A DNA stretch of 64,000 nucleotides from Nitrospirota bacterium (GCA_963840455.1 CAWIYV010000010.1:96001-160000); one strand, 5' to 3'. Positions 41,011-53,035 are shown, counted from the stretch's first letter. Numbers and translations are program-made. Notes: generated from the letters alone by a model not told the origin.

Positions 41011-41742
41011 TTAGTTCTTTTCCGGCGGTGAATCAGGTGCGTAGGTTGCCTGTATGAGCCGATACCAGACGCTGTCCACTTCCTCTCTCGTTCGCAGGAT
41101 GTACCCCTCGTTGCTGATCGTCGGGAAGAACTCATTGCCCCTCTCCCGCTCCTGAGCGGCAATAATCTTCATCATCTTGATCTGTTCATAGCAATCATCC
41201 ATAGTCAGCCCATGACCGCACCCCAGCAAATGATACCCCTCATGCACCGCTGTGCTCTCCGGATCGGCGAAGCTCAACAGCTGGTTGAGTGAACCCAACT
41301 CGACGACTGCGAAGCCCCGTGTAAATGTTTGTCCCTCAACAACGCCTAATACTTCGGGCATGATGATCCCCCAGAAAAAATCACCCGTATGTCTCCCTGC
41401 TAGACCGAAGATCCGGTCGCATGGAGGAACGAGAGGCATGTTCATGACGCCGACAAGCTGGGTACTGGACCAAAAGCCCGGCCTGTCCCACGGTGCGAGC
41501 CATGGGTACGTTACCTCTATGCCGTATAGTCGCAGCTCCTCTTGGAGTGCCGCCTTGATCTCATCCGTCCGCTCCTGGGAAATCTCCCGGTCCTTCAGGA
41601 GGCACACCCGCATTGTCGCTGGGGAGCCAAAATCGATCTCTCCCCTTTTCGCCGCGTCAGGAACACCGATGGTCGTACATCCCATGACCATTGCGGTGGT
41701 CGCGAGACAGAGCAAGCGGAGCATGACGGGGAACGTCTTCAT
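41011..41742 (-). CDS. Putative lipoprotein with an HExxH zinc motif
   Basis: VMGC lipobox and HEGYHLLGCGH. Confidence 0.7.
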   Translation of the reverse strand: MKTFPVMLRLLCLATTAMVMGCTTIGVPDAAKRGEIDFGSPATMRVCLLKDREISQERTDEIKAALQEELRLYGIEVTYPWLAPWDRPGFWSSTQLVGVMNMPLVPPCDRIFGLAGRHTGDFFWGIIMPEVLGVVEGQTFTRGFAVVELGSLNQLLSFADPESTAVHEGYHLLGCGHGLTMDDCYEQIKMMKIIAAQERERGNEFFPTISNEGYILRTREEVDSVWYRLIQATYAPDSPPEKN

Positions 41743-41743
41743 A

Positions 41744-42964
41744 TCATTGCCCCCCAGGCCCATCGCTCACGATCTGACCGCGCAGCGCTGATACGGCAGA
41801 AGTGAGTTGACGATCGATCGAGATGTCGTCGTGTTCCCACAGCTTATGTGAATGGATCCTCCGGAAAACGGCCTCTTTCTCCAGGGCCGATAGTTCGATC
41901 GTCTCATGGGGTTGTATTCCACTGTTTTCGATCGGCTCTCCGGACGCCGTCTTAATATAATGCGTCCGTATGACGAGAAGCGATCCGTCCTTAAGCTGAA
42001 AACCCGCCCTCACTTCGCCGTTGCCTGCGGTCTTTTCCCCGATGAGAAGAGCGCGCTTCTGATCGCGCAGCGCAGCCGCGAACATTTCAGCACCTGATGA
42101 CGTAGTTTCGTTAATAAGGACTGCCAGGGGAAGATCGGGATAGTGCGTCCACCCGTCTGACGTAAAGGTGAGGTCCCGCTCCGGGGTCCGACCGCTCAGC
42201 CGGCCTATGTGGGTGCCCCGTTCAAGAAAGAGCTGGACGGTTTTGGCCGCGGAGTCAACATCGTAGCTGACGTCCCTCAGATCTATGATCAGTCCCCGCA
42301 TGTTCTCCCGCAGAAGGTGTTTCACTGCACTTTTCACTTCCTCAGGGGCTTGTGCATTGAATGATCTTATCCGGAGATAGCCGATGTTCTTTTCAATGAA
42401 CTGCTCGGCGACCGGGGGCTCCCAGTCGAGGACGCCCCGGGTTATCGTGAGCTCCCTCGTTTCGCCCCCCGCGCCTGCGATCGTTACGTCGACATTGGAT
42501 CCGGGAGCGCCTTGGAGGCCTGCAATGACCATCATCGCCGAGTGCCCGTTGACGGGTTCATTGTCTATTTTGATGATCCTGTCGCCCCGCTTCAGCCCCG
42601 CACGGCGCGCTGGCGAATCCTCGATGAGCGCCTCTATCCTTGTTTCGCCATTCTTCACTCTTATGGCAATTCCGATCCCTGCCCGGAATGGATTATTGAT
42701 CTGGACAACCCTTTTCCAGCTGAGCCATTCTGCTGACGGTCCAAGCTGCGCCAGAAGCGAACCGACCTCGGGCCGTTTGCCGACATCGAGGGTGACTCCT
42801 TTTCCTGCCGCGTCGATGCAGTTCTCCTCAATAATGCTCCGTGCTTGATCAAAGACTGCGGATAGCTGCTGGGGAGGATAGGTCCTAGGATATTTGGCCG
42901 CGCAGCCGGAGACTGCAAGGATGACAGCGCAGGCCGACAATAGGGGAAAAACAATCTTCAGCAT
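41744..42964 (-). CDS. S41 (CtpA-like) PDZ peptidase paralog, lipoprotein
   Basis: PDZ domain GIGI..SPA..AGL; IGYLRIRSF, IIDLR and GIQP motifs. Confidence 0.85.
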   Translation of the reverse strand: MLKIVFPLLSACAVILAVSGCAAKYPRTYPPQQLSAVFDQARSIIEENCIDAAGKGVTLDVGKRPEVGSLLAQLGPSAEWLSWKRVVQINNPFRAGIGIAIRVKNGETRIEALIEDSPARRAGLKRGDRIIKIDNEPVNGHSAMMVIAGLQGAPGSNVDVTIAGAGGETRELTITRGVLDWEPPVAEQFIEKNIGYLRIRSFNAQAPEEVKSAVKHLLRENMRGLIIDLRDVSYDVDSAAKTVQLFLERGTHIGRLSGRTPERDLTFTSDGWTHYPDLPLAVLINETTSSGAEMFAAALRDQKRALLIGEKTAGNGEVRAGFQLKDGSLLVIRTHYIKTASGEPIENSGIQPHETIELSALEKEAVFRRIHSHKLWEHDDISIDRQLTSAVSALRGQIVSDGPGGQ

Positions 42965-43176
42965 TTTCTGGTCAGGGTTGAACCGGGTCAGACTTGATTC
43001 TGGAGTTATTGCTATTGAATACAATAAGCGCAACGTACAGGAAAGAACTGCCGCACTGCTTCTTCCGATGCTGTGAGAATATCGAAATTGGCTTGGCGAG
43101 TCAACGAAAGAATAAAAGGAAAGGCCGGAGATATCTCTCTCCGGCCTTTCAGTGATTCATCATTCGCGCTGATCAA

Positions 43177-45093
43177 TCACGCCGCATCCTTGCCCTTCAC
43201 ACCCCCCGTCATGAGTTTCGCCATGGACCGGGCAAAGGCCGCCGGGTCCTTGATCTTCGAACCCTCGAGCAGCAAGGATTGGTTGTACAGAAGATCGATG
43301 TATTCCTGCACCTGTTCCTCTGCCCCGCTCGTGAGCATGCTGTTCATGGTCTCGAACACCGGGTGACCTGGATTGATCTCCAGGATCCGCTTCTGGTCAG
43401 GGACATCCTGGCCCATGGACTTGAGCAACTTCTCCATCTGCGGGTCGAGCCCGCCCTCGTCCGCCACCAGGCAGCTTGCCGAGTCCGTGAGCCTGCCGGA
43501 CAATCGCACGTCCTTCACCTCGTCCTTGAGCCGCTCTTTGAACTTCGCAAGCAGCTTCTCGAACTTGCCCTTCTGCGCTTCCTTCTCCGAATCCGTCGTC
43601 TTATCCAGGCTCACATCGCCCTTAACCACGTTCTTGATCTTCTTGCCCTTATACTCTCCAAGGTCCAGCATGATCAGGTCGTCGATGTCGTCGGTCAGGC
43701 AGAGGACCTCATAGCCTTTCGTGCGGAAAGCCTCGAGGTAGGGCGACTGCAGGATGTTCTCGTCAGGCCTGCCGGTGATGTAGTAGATCGCGTCCTGGGC
43801 GATCGGCATGTCCCGAACATAGTCGGACAGGGTCGTGTACTTCCCTGCTTCGGTCTTGGTCGAAGAGAACAGCAGAAGATCGGCGATCTCTTCCTTCCTG
43901 CTGACATCGAAGTGGATGCCTTCCTTCAGCACCCTGCCAAACTCCTTGTGCAGCTTCTCGTAGGCAGATGCATCGTCCTTCTTCATCTCCGCGAGGGCGT
44001 CCAGCACCTTCTTGGTGATGCTCTTCCTGATCACCGCCATGTGCCGGTTGTTCTGCAGTATTTCGCGCGACACGTTCAGTGGCAGGTCGGACGAATCCAC
44101 CACGCCGCGCACGAAGCGCAGGTACTCGGGCATCAGCTCAGCACAGTGGTCCATGATCTGCACGCGCTTCACATAGAGCATCGGCCCGATCTTGAAGTCC
44201 CGGTACAGGATACCGTAGGGCGCATGCTGCGGGATGTAGAGCAGGGCCGTGAACTCCGACGTACCCTCTGCTCGGTAGTGGATCACCTTCGCAGGGTCGG
44301 TATAGTCGTGGGACACATGCTTGTAGAAGTCGTTGTACTCTTCCGGTTTGATCTCCGACGGGTCCTTGAGCCAGATCGCCTTGCGGGCGTTCAGGGTCTC
44401 TTCTTCGGTCGTCTTGATTCTCTTTTCCTTGTCAGCGGGGTCTTCCTTTTCCCGCGTCACGTCCATGACCACCGGATGCTCGATGTAGTCCGAGTATTTC
44501 TTAACAACGTCGCGGATCTCCCACTCTTCGAGATACTTCTTATCGTCGTCCCTGAGGTGCAGCACAACGTCAGTGCCCGGCTTCTCCCTCGTAGCGTCAT
44601 CGATGGTATAGGTCCCGTCAGCGGTCGATTCCCACTTGATCGCCTTGTTCGTCTTCTCCGTCGCCTTGCGCGAGATCACGGTCACCCGGTCTGCCACCAT
44701 GTAGGATGAATAGAACCCCACGCCGAACTGGCCGATGAGTCCCGGCTTGTCCTTCTGATTCGCGTCCTTGAGCGCCTGCATGAACTCCCTCGTGCCGGAG
44801 TGGGCGATGGTCCCGAGCTCGGCAACAGCCTCTTCCTTTGTCAGGCCGATGCCGTTGTCATTGATCGTGAGGGTGCCAGCTACCTTGTCCGGGACGATCT
44901 TGATCTTCCACTCCCCGCAGGCTTCCGTTATTTCCTTGTTCGTCAGGGACTCGTGGCGCGCCTTGTCGATGGCGTCCGAGGCGTTCGAGATCAGCTCGCG
45001 CAGGAATATCTCCTTGTGCGAATAGAGGGAGTGGATCATCAGGTTCAGCAGCTCTTTTACTTCGGTCTTGAACTCCATTTTCTCAACGGCCAT
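43177..45093 (-). CDS. htpG: Molecular chaperone HtpG (Hsp90)
   Basis: FLRELISNASDA, IGQFGVGFYS and LPLNVSRE motifs. Confidence 0.97.
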   Translation of the reverse strand: MAVEKMEFKTEVKELLNLMIHSLYSHKEIFLRELISNASDAIDKARHESLTNKEITEACGEWKIKIVPDKVAGTLTINDNGIGLTKEEAVAELGTIAHSGTREFMQALKDANQKDKPGLIGQFGVGFYSSYMVADRVTVISRKATEKTNKAIKWESTADGTYTIDDATREKPGTDVVLHLRDDDKKYLEEWEIRDVVKKYSDYIEHPVVMDVTREKEDPADKEKRIKTTEEETLNARKAIWLKDPSEIKPEEYNDFYKHVSHDYTDPAKVIHYRAEGTSEFTALLYIPQHAPYGILYRDFKIGPMLYVKRVQIMDHCAELMPEYLRFVRGVVDSSDLPLNVSREILQNNRHMAVIRKSITKKVLDALAEMKKDDASAYEKLHKEFGRVLKEGIHFDVSRKEEIADLLLFSSTKTEAGKYTTLSDYVRDMPIAQDAIYYITGRPDENILQSPYLEAFRTKGYEVLCLTDDIDDLIMLDLGEYKGKKIKNVVKGDVSLDKTTDSEKEAQKGKFEKLLAKFKERLKDEVKDVRLSGRLTDSASCLVADEGGLDPQMEKLLKSMGQDVPDQKRILEINPGHPVFETMNSMLTSGAEEQVQEYIDLLYNQSLLLEGSKIKDPAAFARSMAKLMTGGVKGKDAA

Positions 45094-45653
45094 GGTTCAC
45101 CTCGTGAAAAGAATAGAACATTCTCAATCGGGTCTTTGACACTGAAGAAGCAACGGTACCGAAATCGTTTCTCTGATAATGACGCAGAAAAAGAACAGGA
45201 TCTCTTTTTTGCACCTCTCCTTCGCGTCCTGAATGAAATTCTTGACCTTTCTAAGGCCACGTCCGCTCGCCCGCGCAAATTCGGCCTGTGGCCTCTGACA
45301 TGCGCGTTCGCCCCAAGGGGATGCTGCCTTTGGCCAAGACGGGTGCCCAAGAATTTCATAGGGCCGCTCCGGGGAAGTGCGGGGTTTGGGTAAAGACTTG
45401 GATATTTTCTTTTCGCTTTTCCAAAAGCCCCTGCATCCCGTGAACAGTACCGCGCACAAGCATGCGGAAGCATTTATGACCAGTGCTATCACAAGGCCAA
45501 GCAGACATGGCCGAGCTTGTCGTCCGGGCGAGGGGAAGTGCTGCTATGCTCGAACAGCTCTCTAGCTCCGACCGGCATTGCATGCCTGCGCGGACTGTGA
45601 GCCGGGGTGCAGAAAAAACTAGATTCTTTTGATAATGTATGTTGAGAGAAAAA

Positions 45654-45679
45654 GGCCGGAGAGATTGCTCTCTCCGGCC
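45654..45679 (-). terminator. groEL intrinsic terminator
   Basis: GGCCGGAGAGA-GCAA-TCTCTCCGGCC-TTTTT, 30 nt after the stop. Confidence 0.88.
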
Positions 45680-45709
45680 TCGATAATGATACGTTGCTTC
45701 GCGAATGGC

Positions 45710-47369
<1,660 letters not shown>

Positions 47370-47465
47370 TTCCTCCTTAGGGAACTTTGTTTAAATAAAT
47401 GTCGCTTGCAGGCTTACAGGCGTGTTCGCTTGCCAGCTTGCTCGCTTGTCAGCGCTACTGCATTT

Positions 47466-47732
47466 CTATACCAGGATCCCGAGGACGTCCTCTTCCTTGA
47501 TGATCAGGTACTCCTTGTTGTCGATGTTGATCTTGGAGCCCGAATACCGGTCGAACAGGATCTTGTCGCCCACCTTCAGCGCCTTCACCTCATCGCCCGC
47601 GGCCTCCACCTTGCCGCTCTGCGGCTTTTCCTTGGCGCTGTCGGGGATGTACAGACCGCCCGCAGTCTTCTCCAGCTCCTCGGTGTAGCTCACGAACACC
47701 CGGTCCTTCAACGGCTTGAATTTAACACTCAT
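47466..47732 (-). CDS. groES: Co-chaperonin GroES
   Basis: KPLxDRV, KTAGGLYIPDSAKEKP and EEDVLGI motifs. Confidence 0.96.
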   Translation of the reverse strand: MSVKFKPLKDRVFVSYTEELEKTAGGLYIPDSAKEKPQSGKVEAAGDEVKALKVGDKILFDRYSGSKINIDNKEYLIIKEEDVLGILV

Positions 47733-47772
47733 ACGCTCAACTCCTTTCTGAAATAGTAATAAGGTCAGGTGA

Positions 47773-47826
47773 TTAGCACTCGTTTTTCGAGAGTGCTAAT
47801 ATATTCCGTCGCGAGAAAAAAATCAA
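47773..47826 (-). promoter_or_regulatory. CIRCE element (HrcA operator) with overlapping sigma70 promoter
   Basis: TTAGCACTC-N9-GAGTGCTAA at 47773-47799; TTGATT-N17-TATATT on the minus strand. Confidence 0.93.
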
Positions 47827-48235
47827 GAAAAAAATTATCAATCATGAAGGCTGACTGCTAAATTATAACATATGCGCTAACTATTTGTTATATAGATGTT
47901 TTATCAATCTAATTCCTTGCGAACAGCTAAATCTTGCAGAGTCGAGCGGGGATCTGGTCAAGCTTGTAAAGCAGTCCCATACGAAAATTTCAGTCGGGCG
48001 ACCGAGTCCGAGGGTGAAGCATTTCGGATGTCCGAGCTCGGAGAGCGAATTTCCGAAATGTACCGAGGACGACCGAGTACGGCGGTGAAAAATTTTCGTC
48101 GGGTGTCCTTCTTGGGGCACCTTTCTTGGGCACGCAAGATAGGTGACAATACACGCTATGCATGTACTCTGTGCCAATAAAAAAAGGCAGGGCTCAAAGC
48201 CCTGCCTTTCATGGTAATCGGTGTACCTGGTTCAG

Positions 48236-49627
48236 CTACTTCGCTTTTTCTTTCTCCTCCGCCACCGGCGCCGGCTTGGCCGGAAGGTTCTTGAAGATGT
48301 CCCCCGTTTTCAGGAGTTCCATGGCCCTCTGGAGCTGGATATCGTCCTTGTCGTCCTTGGGTACCGCCTCCATCACGAACTCGTCCTCGCTCTTTCCCTT
48401 GCTTTCCTTCGGCTTCGCCTCCGGCTCCTTGACCGTCTCGTTCTTCAAGTGGCGCTCAAGGTCCTTCTCGCGGACGATCATATGCGCCGACTCGCCGTCC
48501 TTCACTTCCTTGACCTTCGGGAGCTTCACCTCGATGTCCGGCGCAATGCCCACGTTCTGGATGGAGCGGCCGCTGGGCGTGTAATACTTCGCCGTGGTGA
48601 GACGCATGCCCGTGTTCCCGTCGAGGGGGAACACGGTCTGGACCGAGCCCTTGCCGAATGTCTGGGTCCCGATGATGACGGCGCGCTTCGAATCCTGCAG
48701 CGCGCCCGCCACGATCTCCGAGGCGCTGGCCGAGCCCGTGTTCACGAGCACTACCACCGGGTAGTCGCGGACCATCACGCCGCCTGTGGCGAGGAAGTCC
48801 TTCCGGTCGTCCTTCCTTCGGCCCTGGATGTATACCACCAGCTTGTCCTTGGGCAGGAACAAGCTGCTCACGTCCACCGAGGAGTCGAGGAGCCCGCCCG
48901 GGTTGTTCCGCATATCGAGCACCAGCCGCTTCATGCCCTTCTCCTCGAGCTTCTTCAGCGCCTTGTCCACGTCCTTGGCCGTCAGGCCCTGGAACTGGAT
49001 GATCTTCACGTACCCGATGTCTCCCTCGAGCATCCGGGACTTCACGCTCTGGACCTTGATGACGTCGCGGGTGATGGTAACGTCCTTCGGCTTGTCCCAG
49101 CCTTCGCGGAAGAGCAGCAGGGTCACCTGGGTGCCCTTAGGGCCGCGCATCCGGTCCACGGCGTCCTCGATGCTCATGTCCTTGGTCCACTCGTCGTTGA
49201 TCTTCAGGATCTTGTCGCCGGCCGCGATGCCGGCGCGGTCGGCCGGCGTGTCTTCGATGGGCGAGATGACCGTGAGCTGCTGGTTCTTGATGCCGATCTG
49301 GATGCCGACGCCCTGGAATTCGCCCTTGATGTCCATATTGATCTCCTTGAACGCCCGCTCGGACATGTAGGACGAGTGGGGGTCGAGGCTGGAGATCATG
49401 CCGCGGATGGCTCCCTGAATGAGGTCCTTGGTGTTGGGTTCCTCCACATAATTGCTCTTGATGAGCTCGAGTGCCCGCGTAAAGGCCCTGAGGTCGTCGT
49501 ACGTATCGGACTTGGCGTGGGCCGCCTGGTGTCCGACCACGAACCCGGTCGTGAACAGCGTGATCGTGCCGATGACCAGCAGGATCAGCAGCGTGACCAG
49601 GAATCGTTTCTTGTTGATCTTGATCAT
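48236..49627 (-). CDS. ctpA: Carboxy-terminal processing protease (S41)
   Basis: LDPHS, PDZ, DMRNNPGG, SASASE and TFGKGSVQ motifs. Confidence 0.95.
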   Translation of the reverse strand: MIKINKKRFLVTLLILLVIGTITLFTTGFVVGHQAAHAKSDTYDDLRAFTRALELIKSNYVEEPNTKDLIQGAIRGMISSLDPHSSYMSERAFKEINMDIKGEFQGVGIQIGIKNQQLTVISPIEDTPADRAGIAAGDKILKINDEWTKDMSIEDAVDRMRGPKGTQVTLLLFREGWDKPKDVTITRDVIKVQSVKSRMLEGDIGYVKIIQFQGLTAKDVDKALKKLEEKGMKRLVLDMRNNPGGLLDSSVDVSSLFLPKDKLVVYIQGRRKDDRKDFLATGGVMVRDYPVVVLVNTGSASASEIVAGALQDSKRAVIIGTQTFGKGSVQTVFPLDGNTGMRLTTAKYYTPSGRSIQNVGIAPDIEVKLPKVKEVKDGESAHMIVREKDLERHLKNETVKEPEAKPKESKGKSEDEFVMEAVPKDDKDDIQLQRAMELLKTGDIFKNLPAKPAPVAEEKEKAK

Positions 49628-49694
49628 TTCGTTCTCCTCCGTGTACAGCTTCATTCTCATCTCCTTGTTCGGGAAATCGTTCTATAATACCACA

Positions 49695-49968
49695 TTGAAG
49701 CACCCTACAGCAAGCTGCAGGGTGGCTTCGATCCTCTCCTCAGGGTGGGTGTTTATCCTAATCGCTCGCTAGCCCCCTGCACTCGCCGTTCCACTCGTAA
49801 ACGCTGGGGGCAAGACCCCGAAACAAACAGCGGAGAATGCGCCCGCTCCTGGATTTAAGCTCCCTGAAGATTGCTGCATGGAGCTTCGATCCTCAAGGTA
49901 GTATGTTTTATTCTAATCGCTCGCTAACCCCGAAACAAACAGCAGGGAATGCGCTCGCTCCTGGATTC
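49695..49968 (+). mobile_element. Palindromic element, locus E (tandem dimer) between envC and ctpA
   Basis: Two units joined by GGATTTAAGCTCC. Confidence 0.8.
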
Positions 49969-49970
49969 GT

Positions 49971-51146
49971 CTACCGTTTTGCCAGCCACAGGAGGGGGTC
50001 CTCCGCCTCGCCGTTCCGCCGGACCTCGAAATAGAGCTTGGTCCCCTTGAGGCTCCCTGTGTCCCCGGCAAGGCCGACCACCTGGCCCCGCGTAACACGG
50101 TCCCCTCCCCCGACCCTGAGCTGCGAAAGATGCCCATAGAGCGTATACAGCCCCTCGCCATGGTCGATGATGACGAGCCTGCCGTATCCCTTGTACCAGT
50201 CGGCGAAGACCACCTGGCCGTCATGCACTGCCCGCACCTCATCTCCCGTGCGCGCCTCGATGTCGATCCCGCGGCGGAAGATCGCGGTGCCGAACTGCGG
50301 ATGGCGCTGCGAGCCGAAGCGGGTCAGGACCGGCCCGTTCACCGGCCAGGGGAACCGGTTCCGGTCCGCCGACGCCGGAACAGTATCGTGGACAGGCGCC
50401 TTTTTCCTGGCGGTCTTCTTCTCCCGCTCCGCCAGGCGGATCATGGCCCAGAGGTTCGATGACGACTCCTCGAGGTCCCTCAAGGTCGCCTCGTAGACGG
50501 TCTTCTCCTGCTTCACCGAGCCGAGGATCTCTCCCTTCTTCCTGCGCTGGGACTCGAGGGAGACGCGCTTCTTCTCCACGGCCTCCCGCCGGGCGAGGAT
50601 CTCGCCCGCGCGGTCCCGCACCTCTCGCTCGCGGCTGGCCAGGCGCTCCAAGACTGCGCCGTACTCGCGGATCATCCGCTTGTCGCGCTCGGCAATGATC
50701 CCCAGGTAGCGCACCCGCCGGTAAGCCGACGTGAAGTTGTCCGACGAAAGGACCGCCAGCGCGTAGCCGCCGGTCCTGCTCATCTTGTAGAGCGCCCGGA
50801 GCCGCGCCGCGTAGAGCTGCTTAAGCCGCGCGAGCTCCTGATTGGTCGCCGTGTTGCTCTGTTCGATCTCCGCAAGCGCGGCCTCAGCCTCGCGGAGCTT
50901 CCTCCGCTGGTCCGCAAGCTGGGCGCTCCCGGCCTGGATCTCGCGGTCGATCTTCTCCAGCTCGGAAAGGATTGAACGCTCGCGTTTATCGACGTGCTGG
51001 AGCTTCTGCTTCTTCTCCTGCATCTCCTTCTTGATGCGCTGGAGTTCCTGATGCTTTTCCTGGCTGTCCTCGGCGCGCACGGCCCCCGCTATTGCCAGGA
51101 ACAGAGCGAGAAGGACCGGGACAGCTATGAGCGATCGTCGTGTCAT
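49971..51146 (-). CDS. envC: Murein hydrolase activator EnvC (coiled coil plus M23)
   Basis: Coiled coil; WPV.G, GIDI, YTLYGH and LYFEVR motifs; downstream of ftsX. Confidence 0.9.
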   Translation of the reverse strand: MTRRSLIAVPVLLALFLAIAGAVRAEDSQEKHQELQRIKKEMQEKKQKLQHVDKRERSILSELEKIDREIQAGSAQLADQRRKLREAEAALAEIEQSNTATNQELARLKQLYAARLRALYKMSRTGGYALAVLSSDNFTSAYRRVRYLGIIAERDKRMIREYGAVLERLASREREVRDRAGEILARREAVEKKRVSLESQRRKKGEILGSVKQEKTVYEATLRDLEESSSNLWAMIRLAEREKKTARKKAPVHDTVPASADRNRFPWPVNGPVLTRFGSQRHPQFGTAIFRRGIDIEARTGDEVRAVHDGQVVFADWYKGYGRLVIIDHGEGLYTLYGHLSQLRVGGGDRVTRGQVVGLAGDTGSLKGTKLYFEVRRNGEAEDPLLWLAKR

Positions 51147-51443
51147 GACCGGGGTGGAAAGAAGGCGCTATTCAACGCAGATGGACGCTGATAACGTATG
51201 ATATCTATGAAACAGCAAACCTTGTTTCACCGCAGAGATCGCTGAGCACACAGAGAAAATCCTGGGCTTACTGTTATTAATTTATACAACGATCCGCCTC
51301 TATCTGTTTTAACGATCTCATCCGCCTTGATCTGTGTCCAAAAAGAGTTAAGAACCTATCTGTATTCATCTGTGGTTATTTAAGGATTATGACGCTACCT
51401 CTGCGTCCTCTGCGTTGAAAGGGTCCTTATCGTTCCACCTCGC

Positions 51444-52331
51444 CTACTCCAGGAACTTGTTCACTGACACGAGGCCTCCCGCGAAACCGAGCGCCCCGCC
51501 GCCCCCGATCATGTATGTGATCACCGGGGTCGGCAGGAAGAGCAGCCCGCCGGGGCCCGACAGGAACAGCACGATCTCCCGGGGCAGGGCGTGGAACAGG
51601 CCCGCCAGGATGCCCACCGCAAGGGAGGTCCCGAGGACCGCCACCAGCATGCCCTCCACGAGGAAGGGACCCATGATGAACCATCGCGTCGCGCCGATCC
51701 ACTGCATCAGTTCGATCTCCTGACCGCGGGAGTAGAGCGCAAGCCGCACGGAGTTGGATATGATGAAGACAACGGTGACGCCCAGCAGGACCGCCAGGGT
51801 GATCCCGCCGTAGGTCACGAGCTTGAGCAGCCGGTCCAGCACCTCGACGCCCTGCCGGCCGTAGGAAACATCCTCAACGCCGTAAAGCTTCCCGATCTTC
51901 TTCGTCAGGGCCTCTATCTTGGCAGCGTCGGCGTACTTGGCGTCCACGGTGATCTCGTAGGAGTCGGGCAGGGGATTTTCACCCAGCCCCTCCATGAGTG
52001 CTTCCTGCCCCTTCAATTCCTTCTTGAGGAGCGCCAGCGCACCTTCCTTCGAGAGGAAGACCGCCTGCTTCACCCCGGGCTCCGCCTTGATCCGCGTGAG
52101 AAGGTAATCCTGCTCCTGCGGCGTCAGGCCGCCCTTCAGGAAGACCGAGACCTCGAGCCGCTCGCCCATGGCGCTGACGGCGGCCTGCAGGTTCAGGAAC
52201 ACGACGAGAAAGAACCCGACGATCAGCATGGCCATGCTGATCGTGCCCATGGCCAGCAGGTTCACCAGGCTGTTGGACCTCAGCCCGTGGTACGCCTCAA
52301 TGACATAATAGACCGGTCCGTAGCCTCTCAT
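51444..52331 (-). CDS. ftsX: Cell division permease FtsX
   Basis: NPLPDS, EIELMxxIGAT and PFLVEG motifs. Confidence 0.93.
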   Translation of the reverse strand: MRGYGPVYYVIEAYHGLRSNSLVNLLAMGTISMAMLIVGFFLVVFLNLQAAVSAMGERLEVSVFLKGGLTPQEQDYLLTRIKAEPGVKQAVFLSKEGALALLKKELKGQEALMEGLGENPLPDSYEITVDAKYADAAKIEALTKKIGKLYGVEDVSYGRQGVEVLDRLLKLVTYGGITLAVLLGVTVVFIISNSVRLALYSRGQEIELMQWIGATRWFIMGPFLVEGMLVAVLGTSLAVGILAGLFHALPREIVLFLSGPGGLLFLPTPVITYMIGGGGALGFAGGLVSVNKFLE

Positions 52332-53035
52332 CGCATCGAAGGCTCCTGTTTGGGGGCGGTGGGGCTCATCACCGGATCCTTGGTGTCGCTCACGATCTTG
52401 CCGCGCTCCATGGCCACAATGCGGCGCTGCATCTTCTGCACCGTCTCCCAGTCGTGCGTCGCCACGAGCACCGTTGTCCCCTTCATGTTGATTTCCTTGA
52501 AGAGCCGGAACACCTCCTGGCCGGCCTGGGGATCCAGGTTGCCCGTGGGCTCGTCTGCCAGCAGGATCTGGGGCTCGTTCACCAGGGCGCGGGCGATGGC
52601 AACGCGCTGCTGCTCGCCGCCCGACAGCTTGAGCGGCGTCAGATGGTCCTTCTTGTCCATCCCCACCTTCTTGAGCGACAGGAGGGCCCGGCGCTCGATG
52701 TCGCCGTAGGGAGTCCCGATGACCTTGAGGGCCAACGCGATGTTCTGGAACACGGTCTTATGCGGGAGCAGCTTGTAGTCCTGGAACACGAATCCCATGT
52801 TGCGGCGGAGGTAGGGAATGCTGGAGGTGCTGAGCCGGAAGGTGTTCATGCCCTGGATGATGATCTGGCCTTCGTCGGCATGCTCGGCGCAGAAGAGGAT
52901 CTTGAGGAGCGTGGTCTTGCCCGCGCCGCTGGGGCCGGTGACGAACACGAACTCGCCCTTGTCCACGCTGACGGTGATCTCACGCAGGGCGGGGATGCCT
53001 TCGTAGTATTTGCTGACCCGGTAGAGATGGATCAT
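52328..53035 (-). CDS. ftsE: Cell division ATP-binding protein FtsE
   Basis: GPSGAGKTT, VFQDYKLL and LSGGEQQRV motifs. Confidence 0.95.
   Translation of the reverse strand: MIHLYRVSKYYEGIPALREITVSVDKGEFVFVTGPSGAGKTTLLKILFCAEHADEGQIIIQGMNTFRLSTSSIPYLRRNMGFVFQDYKLLPHKTVFQNIALALKVIGTPYGDIERRALLSLKKVGMDKKDHLTPLKLSGGEQQRVAIARALVNEPQILLADEPTGNLDPQAGQEVFRLFKEINMKGTTVLVATHDWETVQKMQRRIVAMERGKIVSDTKDPVMSPTAPKQEPSMR

Larger units (their letters stand above)
25321..45679 (-). repeat. Ten copies of the groEL-terminator-like hairpin GGCCGGAGAG-N(4-6)-CTCTCCGGCC, at 25321-25344, 27258-27282, 28865-28889, 31271-31296, 33188-33212, 35004-35029, 38686-38710, 40865-40890, 43123-43146 and 45654-45679
   Basis: Read directly; each is preceded by an A-rich tract on + (U-tract on -). 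Confidence 0.9.

Noticed and set aside
25321-45679. Hairpin repeats as a CRISPR array or classical integron attC sites
   Set aside because: Spacing is kilobases and irregular, there are no cas or intI genes, and I see no RYYYAAC/GTTRRRY boxes
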